Made by a program: the position numbers and the translations under genes. This document shows positions 29,451 to 39,730 of a stretch of DNA of 64,000 nucleotides, piece by piece. A model generated the notes under the pieces. The model ran no database searches. It was not told where the DNA came from and saw only the letters and a program-made list of their open reading frames with translations. The stretch is from an uncultured Actinomycetes bacterium (GTDB lineage Bacteria; Actinomycetota; Thermoleophilia; UBA2241): contig CAVWIH010000014.1 in the NCBI GenBank assembly GCA_963755025.1, positions 378,701-442,700 on the forward strand, given 5' to 3'. Numbering within the stretch: the first letter of the stretch is position 1; every line of letters starts with the position of its first letter.

Positions 29451-30755
29451 TCAGTAAGAGCTGCCTCGCTGACTGGCCGGCAGCTGCTGCAAGGCGTTCT
29501 GCATCGCCTGCAGCGCCGCCTTGGGGGAGATGGTCCCGTTCAGGACGGAAGGCAGTTCCTTGTTGCCGACGCTCACGATCGACGGCTGGATGACGTTGTC
29601 GATCATGGGATAGACGGTCATCTTCTGCTTGGTGGCGAAATCGAGCATCTGCTGGTTGACGGGGTTCGTGGTCGTGGTGCCCTTGATGGCCGGGATCAGA
29701 CCCGCCGCATTGATGATGGCGGCGGCCTGAGGCGTGGTCATGAAGTCGAGGAACGCCATGTCTTCGGCCTGGTTCTTAGAGTAGGTCATGGCGGAGATGC
29801 CGTCGCCCGCGAAGTCGACGACGCCCTTGACCGGCGTGGGAGTGAACGGCGGCACGAAGGCCGCGACCTTCGAGCCGAGCGCGTCGGTGAACTTCTGGGT
29901 GTCCCAGGTGCCGTCCATGATCATCGCGGCCTTGCCGGTCTCGAAATCGCCGAGGTTGTCGGTCTTGGTGATGACGTCGGGGTTGGTGTAGCCCAGCTTG
30001 TGAAGCTGCGCCCACATCGCCAGCTGCGACTGGTTCGCCGACGCCGTCCACGGGATGGTCCCGTTGTAGAGTCCGAGCCACTGGTCGACGGGGTAGTTGC
30101 CGATCATCATGTAGCTGAGATCGTAGTAGGGGTAGAAGGTGGCCGTCAGCGGCTGGCCGCCGTTGCCGTACGTGAACGGCGTGTAGCCGGCCGCCTTGAG
30201 CTTCTTGCACGCCGCCAGGAGCTGGCTCCAGTCGGTCGGCACCGAGGTGACTCCGGCCTTGGCGAAGGCGGCCTTGTTGTAGAAGCCTATGTAGAACTGC
30301 GTCTCGAGCGGCATCACGTAGGGGCCGTTGGCGGGGTTGAACCCGTCACTCGTCCATTTGAGGGCGTCGGGCTCGATGCGCGCGAGGTCGGCCGCCGGCA
30401 CCTTCCCCTTCATGTTCACCAGGAAGCTCTTGTACTGCAGCGTGAAGAGGCCGGTCCACATGACGGCGAGGTCGGGGCCGGTCTTCGAGATCGCGGCGGC
30501 CTGCAGGAGGGCGAAGTAGTTGTCCGCCGGCTGGCTGACGATCTTGATGGTGACGTTCGGGTGGAGCTTCTCGAAGGCCGTGGCGAGGTTCTGCAGCGCC
30601 GTGGCGTTCTGCTCGGTGCCGTAGTTGTGCCAGATCGTCAGGGTCGTCTTGGCCGTACCTGGGCTGGCGGTAGAGCCTGAGCTCGAGTTGCTCCCGCAAC
30701 CCACCACGACCACGGCCATGATCGCCACGGTCACAAAGAGTAGACACCGTTTCAT
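29451..30755 (-). CDS. Sugar ABC transporter substrate-binding lipoprotein
   Basis: MKRCLLFVTVAIMAVVVVGC lipobox; FEKLHPNVTI, FYNKAAFAKAGV, GKAAMIMDGTW. Confidence 0.92.
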   Translation of the reverse strand: MKRCLLFVTVAIMAVVVVGCGSNSSSGSTASPGTAKTTLTIWHNYGTEQNATALQNLATAFEKLHPNVTIKIVSQPADNYFALLQAAAISKTGPDLAVMWTGLFTLQYKSFLVNMKGKVPAADLARIEPDALKWTSDGFNPANGPYVMPLETQFYIGFYNKAAFAKAGVTSVPTDWSQLLAACKKLKAAGYTPFTYGNGGQPLTATFYPYYDLSYMMIGNYPVDQWLGLYNGTIPWTASANQSQLAMWAQLHKLGYTNPDVITKTDNLGDFETGKAAMIMDGTWDTQKFTDALGSKVAAFVPPFTPTPVKGVVDFAGDGISAMTYSKNQAEDMAFLDFMTTPQAAAIINAAGLIPAIKGTTTTNPVNQQMLDFATKQKMTVYPMIDNVIQPSIVSVGNKELPSVLNGTISPKAALQAMQNALQQLPASQRGSSY

Positions 30756-30966
30756 GCGGCCCCCTTTCGCCGGTTTCTCCCCGTGCGCCTGCGCCGGTCG
30801 GCGCACCCCGTGCACGCAGGGATCGACCCCATAATTGAACGCCCGATCGAGCGCGTGCAACTGTTTGCCCCCCGCGCGGCTCCGCCGGAACCGTTCGGCT
30901 GCCCAAGCCGGCAAGCCTTTGAAGGCGACTCGGCCTCATCTGATGCCGGGCCGCCCCCTCGCGCGA

Positions 30967-31940
30967 CTACCGTCCCGCCTCCCACGTAGGGTCCCAGGCG
31001 TCGCCGCTCACGACCGGCAAGGCAAACCCGACCTGCCGTGCGAACGGCTCCAGCACGCCTGCGATCGCGTCGTCGTCGGTCGACGGGCGCGCCGGGCAAG
31101 CGAACACGGACCATTCCTCAGCGTGCGAGATGGTCTTCCCAGGCGCCACCGACTGCAGCGGAGAGAGCGATTCGATGTCGATCCCCCAGCCGGCCGTGTA
31201 GGCCTCTGCGCTGCATCCCCCGTCCGGGTACGGCGCCCCCGGTTCGTGCCTGAACCGCTTCACCAGGCAGCAGCCGTTGTTGAGGTAGGCCAGCCAACCC
31301 GCCTCGTTGGCGTACCCCAGCTTGAACGCGGCGTCGTTGGCCGCATCGTGGTCGAGCACGACGTACCGCTGCCCCCAGTGCACTCGAGGGTCGTCCAGGC
31401 GCGCATACGACCAGAGCGCGTAGTGGGCGTTGGGCAGCAGTCCGGCGTTCCGCTGGACGACGGGCAGGATCAACCGGCCGTTGGGCGCGCCGAGGAACAA
31501 CGACCAGACCGCCATCTCGATCGGCCAGGCGCCCTTGTTGGTGAGGCTGCTCGTGACGGCGATCGACCCCGCCCCAAAGCGCACCTCGATCGACTTTGCG
31601 ATGTGAGTCCACGGCTCCTCCGCCTGCACGAGCAGCACGCCATCGTCCAGAGCTCGTAGCGTTCGAGGGGATGGTCGTCGGTGGCGTAGCTCCTCGGGAA
31701 GGCCTCGGGGCTGTGCCAGACCCGATGCCCGCCGAGGTAGCGGTAGACCGAGCCGTCGGGCAGGTCCTCTTTGAGGCCGCACTCGTCTGCGAACATGTTC
31801 GGCCCGCCCGGCAGAGAGACGTGCATGATGCGGGGCCCCACGTCCAGCGTGACGATCGCTTCGAGCGACCCGGAGGACAGCCGCAGGGCGCGCCCGTAGC
31901 TCAGGTACCGTTCGATCTCTGCGCATGCCATGGCGCTCAT
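30967..31940 (-). CDS. DUF4380-like (galactose-mutarotase-fold-like) protein, frameshifted near 31640
   Basis: IVTLDVGPRIM...GGHRVWHSPE in 5' frame; YPDGGCSAEAY...IESLSPL...HAEEW in 3' frame. Confidence 0.6.
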
Positions 31941-31968
31941 CGCACCCCTCCCTTCGCCCGGACCGCCG

Positions 31969-32463
31969 TCACTCGCCGACGATCTGGACCCGCACCGTGC
32001 GCTCCCGCGTGCGTGTCTGGTCGAAATCGGCGAAGTAGAACCTGCCGAAATCGCCGAGCATCATGGCGCCGTCCACGACCGGCACGCTCTGGGACCGCCC
32101 GAGGAGCACCGACCGCAGGTGGGCGTCGGTGTTGAGCGACCAGGACGGCAGCTCGTCACGGCCCCTTGCGGCCTCGATATGCAGGGGGCCGGGATGGTGG
32201 TACTGCCCCTGCGTGCGGCAGGTGGGAGCAAGGCCGTCGAGAATCGTCACGAGGTCCTGCATGAGCAACTCAGTGCCCCAGTAGTCGACGTCGTCAGACG
32301 CCTCCTGGATCAGCACGCTGCAGGTCGTGTGCTGCGAGAAGACCATCAGGATGCCGTTCCTGATGCCCGAGCCGGCAAGCACCTCCTCGACCTGTGGGGT
32401 CACGTCGTCGAATGTCGGACGTCTGTCCGACTGCACGGTGAACGTGCCGTGATGAACCGCCAT
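31969..32463 (-). CDS. YjbQ family protein
   Basis: FSQHTTCSVLIQE, NTDAHLRSVLLG, FADFDQTRTRER. Confidence 0.88.
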   Translation of the reverse strand: MAVHHGTFTVQSDRRPTFDDVTPQVEEVLAGSGIRNGILMVFSQHTTCSVLIQEASDDVDYWGTELLMQDLVTILDGLAPTCRTQGQYHHPGPLHIEAARGRDELPSWSLNTDAHLRSVLLGRSQSVPVVDGAMMLGDFGRFYFADFDQTRTRERTVRVQIVGE

Positions 32464-32473
32464 CCTGCCTCCC

Positions 32474-33179
32474 TCAGTGGATGCTGTCCCAGGACTCACG
32501 CATCGCCTTGATCATCGACTCGAGCATCGCCGCGGGGTCGGGCGCCGTGAAGACCGCGCTGCTCGACCCGGCCCCCTGCGCTCCGGCGGCGGTCACGTCG
32601 TAGACGTCTTGCGGGCCGCTGATGCCCGCGCCGTGGAGCACGCGCACGGCCGGATCGACGCTCCAGATGGCCTCGTTGGCCGCGGCGATCGCCGAGCCGC
32701 TGCCTTCGCCGCGCCGCCCGCCGGCGATGAGCTCGGGCGCCTCCACGATGATGATGTCGGGCGACAGAGCGGCTACGGCGACCGCGTCGGGCACGTCGTC
32801 GGCGCAGACCATCGTGGCGAGTCCCACCTCGTGGGCGCGCCGCCATCGTCTCGACGAGCTCGGTACGCGTGAGGCGTCGCTCGACGTGGTTCAGCAGGAC
32901 GCCCTCGGCGCCGGCCGCCTTGACCGCTTCGGGCAGGACCGAACCGACGCCGCGGCCGGGATGCAGCGGGTCCATGTGTTGCGCGAAGACCAGAAGCCGG
33001 TCGACCGCCCGGGCGATGACGGGGATGTCGACGTATTGGGGAGTGACGATGATCTGCACGTCGTAGCTGCGGCTCAGCACGTCTGCGCGCTTGGCGAGCT
33101 CGAGCAGCCCCGCCCCGTAGGAATAGGCCTTCGGGCCGATCTCGAAGAACGGCGGCGTGATCTCAAGCTCGGGACGCAT
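32474..33179 (-). CDS. Archaeal-type triosephosphate-isomerase-like protein, frameshifted near 32840
   Basis: VFAQHMDP, LPEAVKAAGAEGVLLNHVERRL, IVEAPELIAGG, VLHGAGIS. Confidence 0.8.
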
Positions 33180-33244
33180 CGCGGATCTCCTCGCTGGCCG
33201 CTGCGACTGTGGGCCGGACTGAAGCGGGTGGCGCCGTGCTCACC

Positions 33245-34633
33245 TCAGACGACCACCGCTTCGATCTGCAGCATGCGAGCCAGCGCGAGCAGCTGAGCCG
33301 TCCAGCTACCCTGGGCCGCCGCCATGTGGTGCCCCGCGCCCGCCTTGCACCACGCCGTGCACCAGTCGGCGATCTCGAGGGCGCCGTGGCGGAACAGCGT
33401 CTGGGGCGCCGACACCGGGCGCGGCGGGTAGGTCAGGAACTCGCCCTCGGAGATCACGAACCGCCAGCGCCCCTCGCCCATCGGGACCAGCGCCAGGTTC
33501 GTCACCGGCCCGGGCCGGTACGCGAACTCAAACCCGGCGCCGAACCCGTGTACTCCCGTGTAGTAGATCGAGTGCTTGATCTTGGCGGTCCCGGGCTCCG
33601 CCAGGGCGGGGTTGCCGTGGCCGTCGTGCGAGAAGACGACGGCGTTGTTGTCGAAGTCGATGACGTAGTTCTCGACCGTCGTCGACTGGCCGGCGAGCTC
33701 CTGAAGGGCGAGCTGGGCGACGCCGCAGCTCACGTCGCCTTCCGGCGCGGCCGGGATGCCGATCGCGCACAGCCGTCCGGTCGCGTACGAGGGGATGATG
33801 CCGATCCGGGGATCGCTCAGCCAGATCTGGTCGAGGGCGGTGAAGACGTCGAAGTGCTGCTCTTTTGTGACCGACTCCAGGGCCAGCGCGAGGCGCACCG
33901 AGCGCTCGAAGAGCGCGGGCTCCATGTCGACGGTGTAGGCCGCCCTCTCCGCCGCGGCGAGCGCATCGACCTCGGCCTGGGGGATCTCGCCGAACCGGAC
34001 CGCGATCTTCTCGGGTTCCAGCGGCCACACGATCGGTCCGAGCTTCTGGCGAAAGGAGAGGCCGTCGATCATGAGGTCGGTCATGCCCTCGAAGGGGTGC
34101 CCGACAAGGCCGACCCGGGCGTTGCGCAGCCGGCGCCGCACGGCGGCGGCCTGGACGATCTCGTGGACGCGGCGTCTGCCCGACTCGTCGTCCCACTGCG
34201 AGGTGACCATCTCGAACTCGCGCCCGGTGCGCAGCAGGACGGCGGTGAGCTCCGGCATGCCGGCCATGCCCGAGTTGAGCATGATCACGTCGAAGTCGTC
34301 GTCTTCGCCGAACCTGCGGATCTTCTGCGTGTTCCACACGAGGACCGGGGCGGTCGTGTCGATGAAGCAGCGGGCCGGGACGGCGCCCTTCGTGTAGGCA
34401 AGCTCCGTGGCGACGATGATGTCGACGTCCTCGGCGTTGAACAGGCGGGCTGCCGCGGCCGCCTGCTCTTCCTCTTCGACGAGCCCCGGGTGGACGACGT
34501 CGCCAAAGGCGGCGAACACGTCGGCGATCTCTCGCGCGGCGGCGGTCGCCGCGGGCCGCATGTGCGCGGTCTTGTTGTAGTCGTCCTCGAGCAGAGCCAT
34601 GACCAGGACCCCGATCTTCGGCTTCACGGCCAC
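33245..34633 (-). CDS. L-arabinose/L-fucose isomerase family protein
   Basis: PVLVWN, FEGMTD, APEGDVS, SHDGHG, AGAGHH; 462 aa. Confidence 0.75.
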   Translation of the reverse strand: MAVKPKIGVLVMALLEDDYNKTAHMRPAATAAAREIADVFAAFGDVVHPGLVEEEEQAAAAARLFNAEDVDIIVATELAYTKGAVPARCFIDTTAPVLVWNTQKIRRFGEDDDFDVIMLNSGMAGMPELTAVLLRTGREFEMVTSQWDDESGRRRVHEIVQAAAVRRRLRNARVGLVGHPFEGMTDLMIDGLSFRQKLGPIVWPLEPEKIAVRFGEIPQAEVDALAAAERAAYTVDMEPALFERSVRLALALESVTKEQHFDVFTALDQIWLSDPRIGIIPSYATGRLCAIGIPAAPEGDVSCGVAQLALQELAGQSTTVENYVIDFDNNAVVFSHDGHGNPALAEPGTAKIKHSIYYTGVHGFGAGFEFAYRPGPVTNLALVPMGEGRWRFVISEGEFLTYPPRPVSAPQTLFRHGALEIADWCTAWCKAGAGHHMAAAQGSWTAQLLALARMLQIEAVVV

Positions 34634-34684
34634 CGTGTCACCTCCGGTTTCGTGTGTTGACGTGCCGGCGCCCTTCGCACTGTG

Positions 34685-36211
34685 TCAGGTCGCCCCCGCG
34701 TCCGAGTACATCGGCCGGAGCGCCTCGAAGAGCTGGATGTAGCGAGCGTATGCCGCGTCGTAGGCTTGATGGGCCGCGGGATCGGGCGGGTACCGCTCGC
34801 CGATCCTCACCATGGCCGCCGCGGCGGCTGCCAGGTCGGGGTAGACGCCGGCGGCGACGCCGGCCAGCATGGCGTCGCCGCGAATGGCCGCGTCCTCTCC
34901 CTGAAGGGTGACCACGGGCAGCCCGCAGACATCGGCCTTGATCTGGTTCCAGAGCGCGCTGCGGGCGCCGCCGCCGTGCGAGCGTATCTCGCGCGCCTGC
35001 GCGCCCGCGCCGGCCAGAAGCTCAAGGTTGCGCCGCAGCATGAAGGCGACGGCCTCGAGGACGGCCCGCACGAAGTGCGCCTTGCCGTGGTGCAGGGTGA
35101 ACCCGTAAAACGCTCCGCGTGCACCTGGTTCGTACTCCGGGCTGAAGGCGCCCATGAGGTGGGGCAGCATGATCAGGCCGTCGGCCCCCGGAGCGATCGG
35201 GGCGGCGAGCGCGGTCAGCAGGTCGTAGGCGCTGCCGTTCTCGCGCTCCGCGCGCGCCACCTCGTCTGCGCCGAACTGGTTGCGAAACCAGGTGAGCGTC
35301 ATGCCCCCGGTCGGGCAGACCGGGCAGTAGAGGTACCGGTCGCGCGCCGAGTGGATGTAGACGGGCGTCTGGCGCGTCGGGTCGCCGCCGTGGCGGTCGA
35401 CCGAAGCCTGCAGGGTCAGGGCCCCGCCGCTGCTCTCCGAGACGACGTCGGGGCCGACGTTGCCCACGCCGACCGCGCCGGCGCACTGGTCCATCCCGCC
35501 GGCCACGACGAGCGCTCGGGCAGGCAGGCCGAGCGCTGCGGCGGCCCGCGGCGCGAGCGCGCCGACGACGGCGCCGGGCGCGACCGGCTCGGCCAGCCGG
35601 TCCTGATCGATGCCCACGACCTCGAGCATGGGTTCCCACCAGCGCCGCTCGACGATGTCGTAGAGGAGCGAGCTGCAGGCGACGCCGCCCTCGGTGACGA
35701 AACGGCCGGTCAGGTGGTGCAGGACGAAGTCCTCGACGAAGAGGAACCGCGCCGCCCGGCCGAACACGTCGGGCTCGTGGCGACGCCACCAGAGGATCTT
35801 GCAGGCGGTCCAGGTCGGAATGACGGAGGGCACCCCCGTGACTCCGTAGACCGTCGCGTCGTCGAAACGCCGGGCGATCTCTTGCGCCTCGTCGGTGGCC
35901 CGGTTGTCGAGCCACACGAGCGCCGGGGCCAGCGGGCGGCCCTGCTCGTCGACCGCGACCACGGTCTCTCCCTGGCTCGACACGGCGATCGCCGCGACGG
36001 CGTCGGGGTCGGCCCCAGGTACGGCCAGCACCCTGCGGATCGCGGCCTGGGTCGCGCTCCAGTAGACGCCGGGGTCGAGCTCGGCACGGTCGGGCCCGGG
36101 GTGGTCGAGCCGGTATTCCTCGGCGGCCGAACCGAGCAGCCGACCCGAGGGGTCGTAGAGCCCGGCCTTGACCGAGGTCGTCCCGATGTCCAGCCCTATG
36201 AGGAGGCTCAT
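34685..36211 (-). CDS. FGGY-family carbohydrate kinase (xylulokinase-like)
   Basis: MSLLIGLDIGTTSVKA, WLDNRA, GGMDQCAGAVG, GGGARSALWNQIKADV. Confidence 0.92.
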   Translation of the reverse strand: MSLLIGLDIGTTSVKAGLYDPSGRLLGSAAEEYRLDHPGPDRAELDPGVYWSATQAAIRRVLAVPGADPDAVAAIAVSSQGETVVAVDEQGRPLAPALVWLDNRATDEAQEIARRFDDATVYGVTGVPSVIPTWTACKILWWRRHEPDVFGRAARFLFVEDFVLHHLTGRFVTEGGVACSSLLYDIVERRWWEPMLEVVGIDQDRLAEPVAPGAVVGALAPRAAAALGLPARALVVAGGMDQCAGAVGVGNVGPDVVSESSGGALTLQASVDRHGGDPTRQTPVYIHSARDRYLYCPVCPTGGMTLTWFRNQFGADEVARAERENGSAYDLLTALAAPIAPGADGLIMLPHLMGAFSPEYEPGARGAFYGFTLHHGKAHFVRAVLEAVAFMLRRNLELLAGAGAQAREIRSHGGGARSALWNQIKADVCGLPVVTLQGEDAAIRGDAMLAGVAAGVYPDLAAAAAAMVRIGERYPPDPAAHQAYDAAYARYIQLFEALRPMYSDAGAT

Positions 36212-36228
36212 CTGGAGACCGTCGACGA

Positions 36229-37044
36229 TCAGTCCAGACCGTACTTCTCCGCCACCGCGCCGGGCTCGGCGCCCGCCTTCACGACCTCCTGCAACGCTTC
36301 GAGGAACCGCTCGGGCTCCTTGGCGCAGACCACGTTGCGCCCGAACACCACACCACGGGCGCCGTCGCGGATGGCGGTGGCGGCCAGCTCGAGCGCGTCG
36401 ATCTCGCGGTCGGCCTTCTTGGAGCCCAGGGCGAGGATGGGCACGGGCGTCGACCGCACGACCTCGGCGAACCGGTCGCCCGTGTGGAAGGTCTTGATGA
36501 GATCGACCCCAAGCTCGGCGACGATCCGGCAGCCGATCGAGATCTGCTCGTGGCGCTCTTCGGGGGCGACATCCTCGTGTCCGGCCGGATACACCTCGCC
36601 GACGATCGGCACTCCCGCCTCGCGCTTCTGCGCGACGCAGCGTGCGACCTCGGCCACGTTCTCGGCGTCGACCGCCTCTGAGCCGGTCTTGATGGACATG
36701 CCCACGAGCACGATGTCCGCACCCAGAGCGACCGCCTGCGCGGCCGAGAGCATGGGGACCGTGCGGCTCTCGTGGTACCCCCACTGGCTCGCGTACTGGG
36801 TGCCCCAGTTGAGCCGGAGCAACAGCGCCGGCGCCCCGCGGGTGCCGAACACCCTGGCCGTGTGGGCCACCATCCCGGGGCTCATCAGGATCGCGTCGGC
36901 GCCCTTCAGGCGCTCGACGAGGGTCCAGGGGTGCTCAAACCCGGGTCGGGGTCCGTTGTACAGGCCGTGGTCGATCGCCACGACGACCGCGTTCGCGCCC
37001 CCGTCAAAGAGCCGGCTCAATCGGATGTCTTCGCCTGTTGACAC
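36229..37044 (-). CDS. Class I aldolase (DhnA/LsrF family)
   Basis: VVAIDHG, AELGVDLIKT (Schiff-base Lys), GVVFGRNV; GTG start after AAGGAG. Confidence 0.88.
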   Translation of the reverse strand: MSTGEDIRLSRLFDGGANAVVVAIDHGLYNGPRPGFEHPWTLVERLKGADAILMSPGMVAHTARVFGTRGAPALLLRLNWGTQYASQWGYHESRTVPMLSAAQAVALGADIVLVGMSIKTGSEAVDAENVAEVARCVAQKREAGVPIVGEVYPAGHEDVAPEERHEQISIGCRIVAELGVDLIKTFHTGDRFAEVVRSTPVPILALGSKKADREIDALELAATAIRDGARGVVFGRNVVCAKEPERFLEALQEVVKAGAEPGAVAEKYGLD

Positions 37045-37207
37045 TCGTGGTTCTCCTTTCGAAGACGCATCGAACAACGCCGCCGGCTCGCGACGACGCC
37101 GGTCCTCCTACCCGTCCAGCCCTCTCGAGACAGCGACAGGATAGCAGCAGGCAAACAGAGGAGTCATAGCCGCCGCCCCGCGGTGACGCCGCCCGCGAAG
37201 ACGGGGT

Positions 37208-38821
37208 ATGAGATGGAGGGGACGGTCTCTCGACGACGACGCACCGGTGGACCTCTACGACCAGACAAAGCACGCACGACGGTGGCTTGGGCGGCGCTTC
37301 GAGCGGCACCTCGACAGGCTGACCGAGCGCCTCGGGGGTCCGGCGCGGCGTCAGGTCGTGCTGCTCCTCGGGCTCGTGCTCGCGCTGAACACGGCCGACG
37401 GCAGCGCGATCGGGGCGCTCGCCACCCAGCTCGAACCGGGCCTGCACATAGGCGCGGCCGAGCTCGGCCTGCTGGTCACCGTTTCGTCGCTCGTGGGCGC
37501 GCTGGCCGCCATACCGTGCGGCGTCATCACCGACAAGACGCGGCGCGTGCGGTTCCTCAGCCTGAGCATCCTGCTCTGGGGCGCGGCCGAGGGGGTGAGC
37601 GGCCTCGCGACCTCGTTCGCCATGCTCCTGCTCACGCGCCTTGCGATCGGCGCGGTCACGGCGAGCGCCGCGCCGGCCGTGGCGTCGCTGACAGGCGACT
37701 ACTTTCCGGCCGGCGAGCGGGGCCGCATCTACGGCTTCATCATCACCGGCGAGGTCGTCGGCGCCGGCTTTGGCATAGCGACGGCGTCGCTGGTCTCGGG
37801 GCTGCTCGGCTGGCGCGCCGCCTTCATCGCCCTGGCTGTGCCGAGCATCGTCCTGGCCTGGGCGCTGTGGGCGAAGCTGCCCGAACCCGCGCGCGGCGGC
37901 CAGAGCAGGCTCGAGCCCGGCGCCACCGAGATCGTGGCGGCCGACGAGATCGAGGACTCCGCGGAGCCGGCCCAACGAGACGCCGCCGGGGCCGACCGTT
38001 CCGACGACCTCGTCCTGCGCAAGGTCGAAGAGCAGGGCGTCGTCCCCGACGAGGACGTGGTCGTCGTCGCCGACCCGGCCCAGATGACCACCTGGCAGGT
38101 CATGCGCCACGTGCTGCGCGTGCGCACGAACGTCACGATCATCGTGGCTTCCTCGCTGGGCTACTTCTTTCTCGCCGGCCTGCGTACGTTCGCCGTGGTC
38201 TTCGCCAGCGGCCAGTTCCGCGTGGGTCAGGGCCTGGCGACGGTGGTGCTCGCGGTCATCGGCCTCGGCGCCGTGGGCGGCCTGCTGGTGGCCGGGCGCC
38301 TTGCCGACGGGCTGGTCAGGCGCGGGCGCGTCGACGCCCGCATCGTGGTGGCCGCGATCGGCTACCTGGTCGCCGCGGCGCTCGTGCTGCCCGCGCTGCT
38401 GTCGACGAGCCTCGTCGTCTCGCTGCCGTTGCTGATCGTCGCGGCGGCGGCGATCTCGGCGCCCAACCCGCCTCTCGACGCGGCCCAGCTCGACGTCATG
38501 CCGGCCCAGCTCTGGGGTCGCGCCCAGGGCATAGGCACCGCCCTGCGCAACTCGCTCGAAGCGATCGGTCCGCTGCTCTTCGGGCTGCTGGCCGAGGCGT
38601 TCGTGGCCGGCAACGTCACCATCTCATCGACGGCCGACAAGGCCGGCCTCGCCGCCCAGACTCACGGGCTTCAAGTGGCGTTCCTCATCATGCTGGCGCC
38701 GCTGGTGGGCGCCGGTGTGCTGCTGCTCGTCATGCGGCGTCACTACGCCGTCGACGTCGCCTCGGCCGGCAAATCGGAGCGCCAGGGCGGCGCCCAGAGC
38801 GAGTCGCGCCGCGCGGCCTGA
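37208..38821 (+). CDS. MFS transporter
   Basis: GVITDKTRRVR motif A, SLTGDYFPAGERGRIYG, 12 TM segments; start uncertain. Confidence 0.88.
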   Translation: MRWRGRSLDDDAPVDLYDQTKHARRWLGRRFERHLDRLTERLGGPARRQVVLLLGLVLALNTADGSAIGALATQLEPGLHIGAAELGLLVTVSSLVGALAAIPCGVITDKTRRVRFLSLSILLWGAAEGVSGLATSFAMLLLTRLAIGAVTASAAPAVASLTGDYFPAGERGRIYGFIITGEVVGAGFGIATASLVSGLLGWRAAFIALAVPSIVLAWALWAKLPEPARGGQSRLEPGATEIVAADEIEDSAEPAQRDAAGADRSDDLVLRKVEEQGVVPDEDVVVVADPAQMTTWQVMRHVLRVRTNVTIIVASSLGYFFLAGLRTFAVVFASGQFRVGQGLATVVLAVIGLGAVGGLLVAGRLADGLVRRGRVDARIVVAAIGYLVAAALVLPALLSTSLVVSLPLLIVAAAAISAPNPPLDAAQLDVMPAQLWGRAQGIGTALRNSLEAIGPLLFGLLAEAFVAGNVTISSTADKAGLAAQTHGLQVAFLIMLAPLVGAGVLLLVMRRHYAVDVASAGKSERQGGAQSESRRAA

Positions 38822-38907
38822 GGCGCGACGACCGCCACGGCCGCCAGGTACGGTCTGAGGACGCGACGACCGCCACAATCGCCGGGTACGGCCGGCATCG
38901 AAGACCC

Positions 38908-39678
38908 TCAGGCCGCACGCCGCTGCTGCCGCCCCGACCGGGCCTCGCCGAGCAGCTCGCGAAGGGCAAGGGCATCGCGCACGGCGTTGCCCTTGGCGTC
39001 GTTGTTGAAGTAGCAGTAGACGTCGCGTCCGTCGGCCCGCCAGTCCCGGCAGCGCGCGGCCCACGCCTCGAGCGTCGCCCTCTCGTATCGGCCGCCGTAG
39101 GCGCCGTCGGGGCCGTGAAAGCGCACGTAGACGAGACCCGCAGCGCCCTCCACAGGCTGCCGCGGCCATTCACGGCGGCGCCAGTCGTGCAGGCACACGG
39201 CGACGTGGTGCTCGGCGAGCACGTCGTAGACCCGTGTGTCGTCCCAGCTGCGGTGGCGAAACTCGACGACGAACCGGCCCCTTCCGGGCAGCGCGTCAAG
39301 AAACGCCGACAGGCGCTCGTCGTCGCGCCGCATGGTGGGAGGGAGCTGAAAGAGGACGGGGCCGAGAGCGCGGCCCAGCCGCCGCGCGCTGTCGAGCTCG
39401 CGAGGCACCGTCTCCTGCGCGTCGTTCAACCGTTTGGTGTGCGTGATGAAGCGGTTGGCCTTGACCGCGAACACAAAGCCGCGCGGCGCGGCGTCGCTCC
39501 AGGCGCGCATCGAGGCGTCGGGCGGCGTCCGGTAGAAGCTCGAGTTGAGCTCGACCGTATCGAAGCGCTCGGCGTAGTAGGACAACCATTCACGGCTCGG
39601 CACATCGCTGGGGTAGAAGACGCCCTTCCAATGCGCGTACGACCACCCCGATGTGCCGATGTGGATCCGACCCGCCAC
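38908..39678 (-). CDS. DUF72 family protein
   Basis: IGTSGWSYAHWKGVFYP, VELNSSFY, LFQLPP, YVRFHG, YFNND. Confidence 0.93.
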   Translation of the reverse strand: MAGRIHIGTSGWSYAHWKGVFYPSDVPSREWLSYYAERFDTVELNSSFYRTPPDASMRAWSDAAPRGFVFAVKANRFITHTKRLNDAQETVPRELDSARRLGRALGPVLFQLPPTMRRDDERLSAFLDALPGRGRFVVEFRHRSWDDTRVYDVLAEHHVAVCLHDWRRREWPRQPVEGAAGLVYVRFHGPDGAYGGRYERATLEAWAARCRDWRADGRDVYCYFNNDAKGNAVRDALALRELLGEARSGRQQRRAA

Positions 39679-39730
39679 GTTCGCTCGTCCCCTTCAAGTC
39701 CGAGGGCGCGTCTCGTGCGCCCCGCCAGGC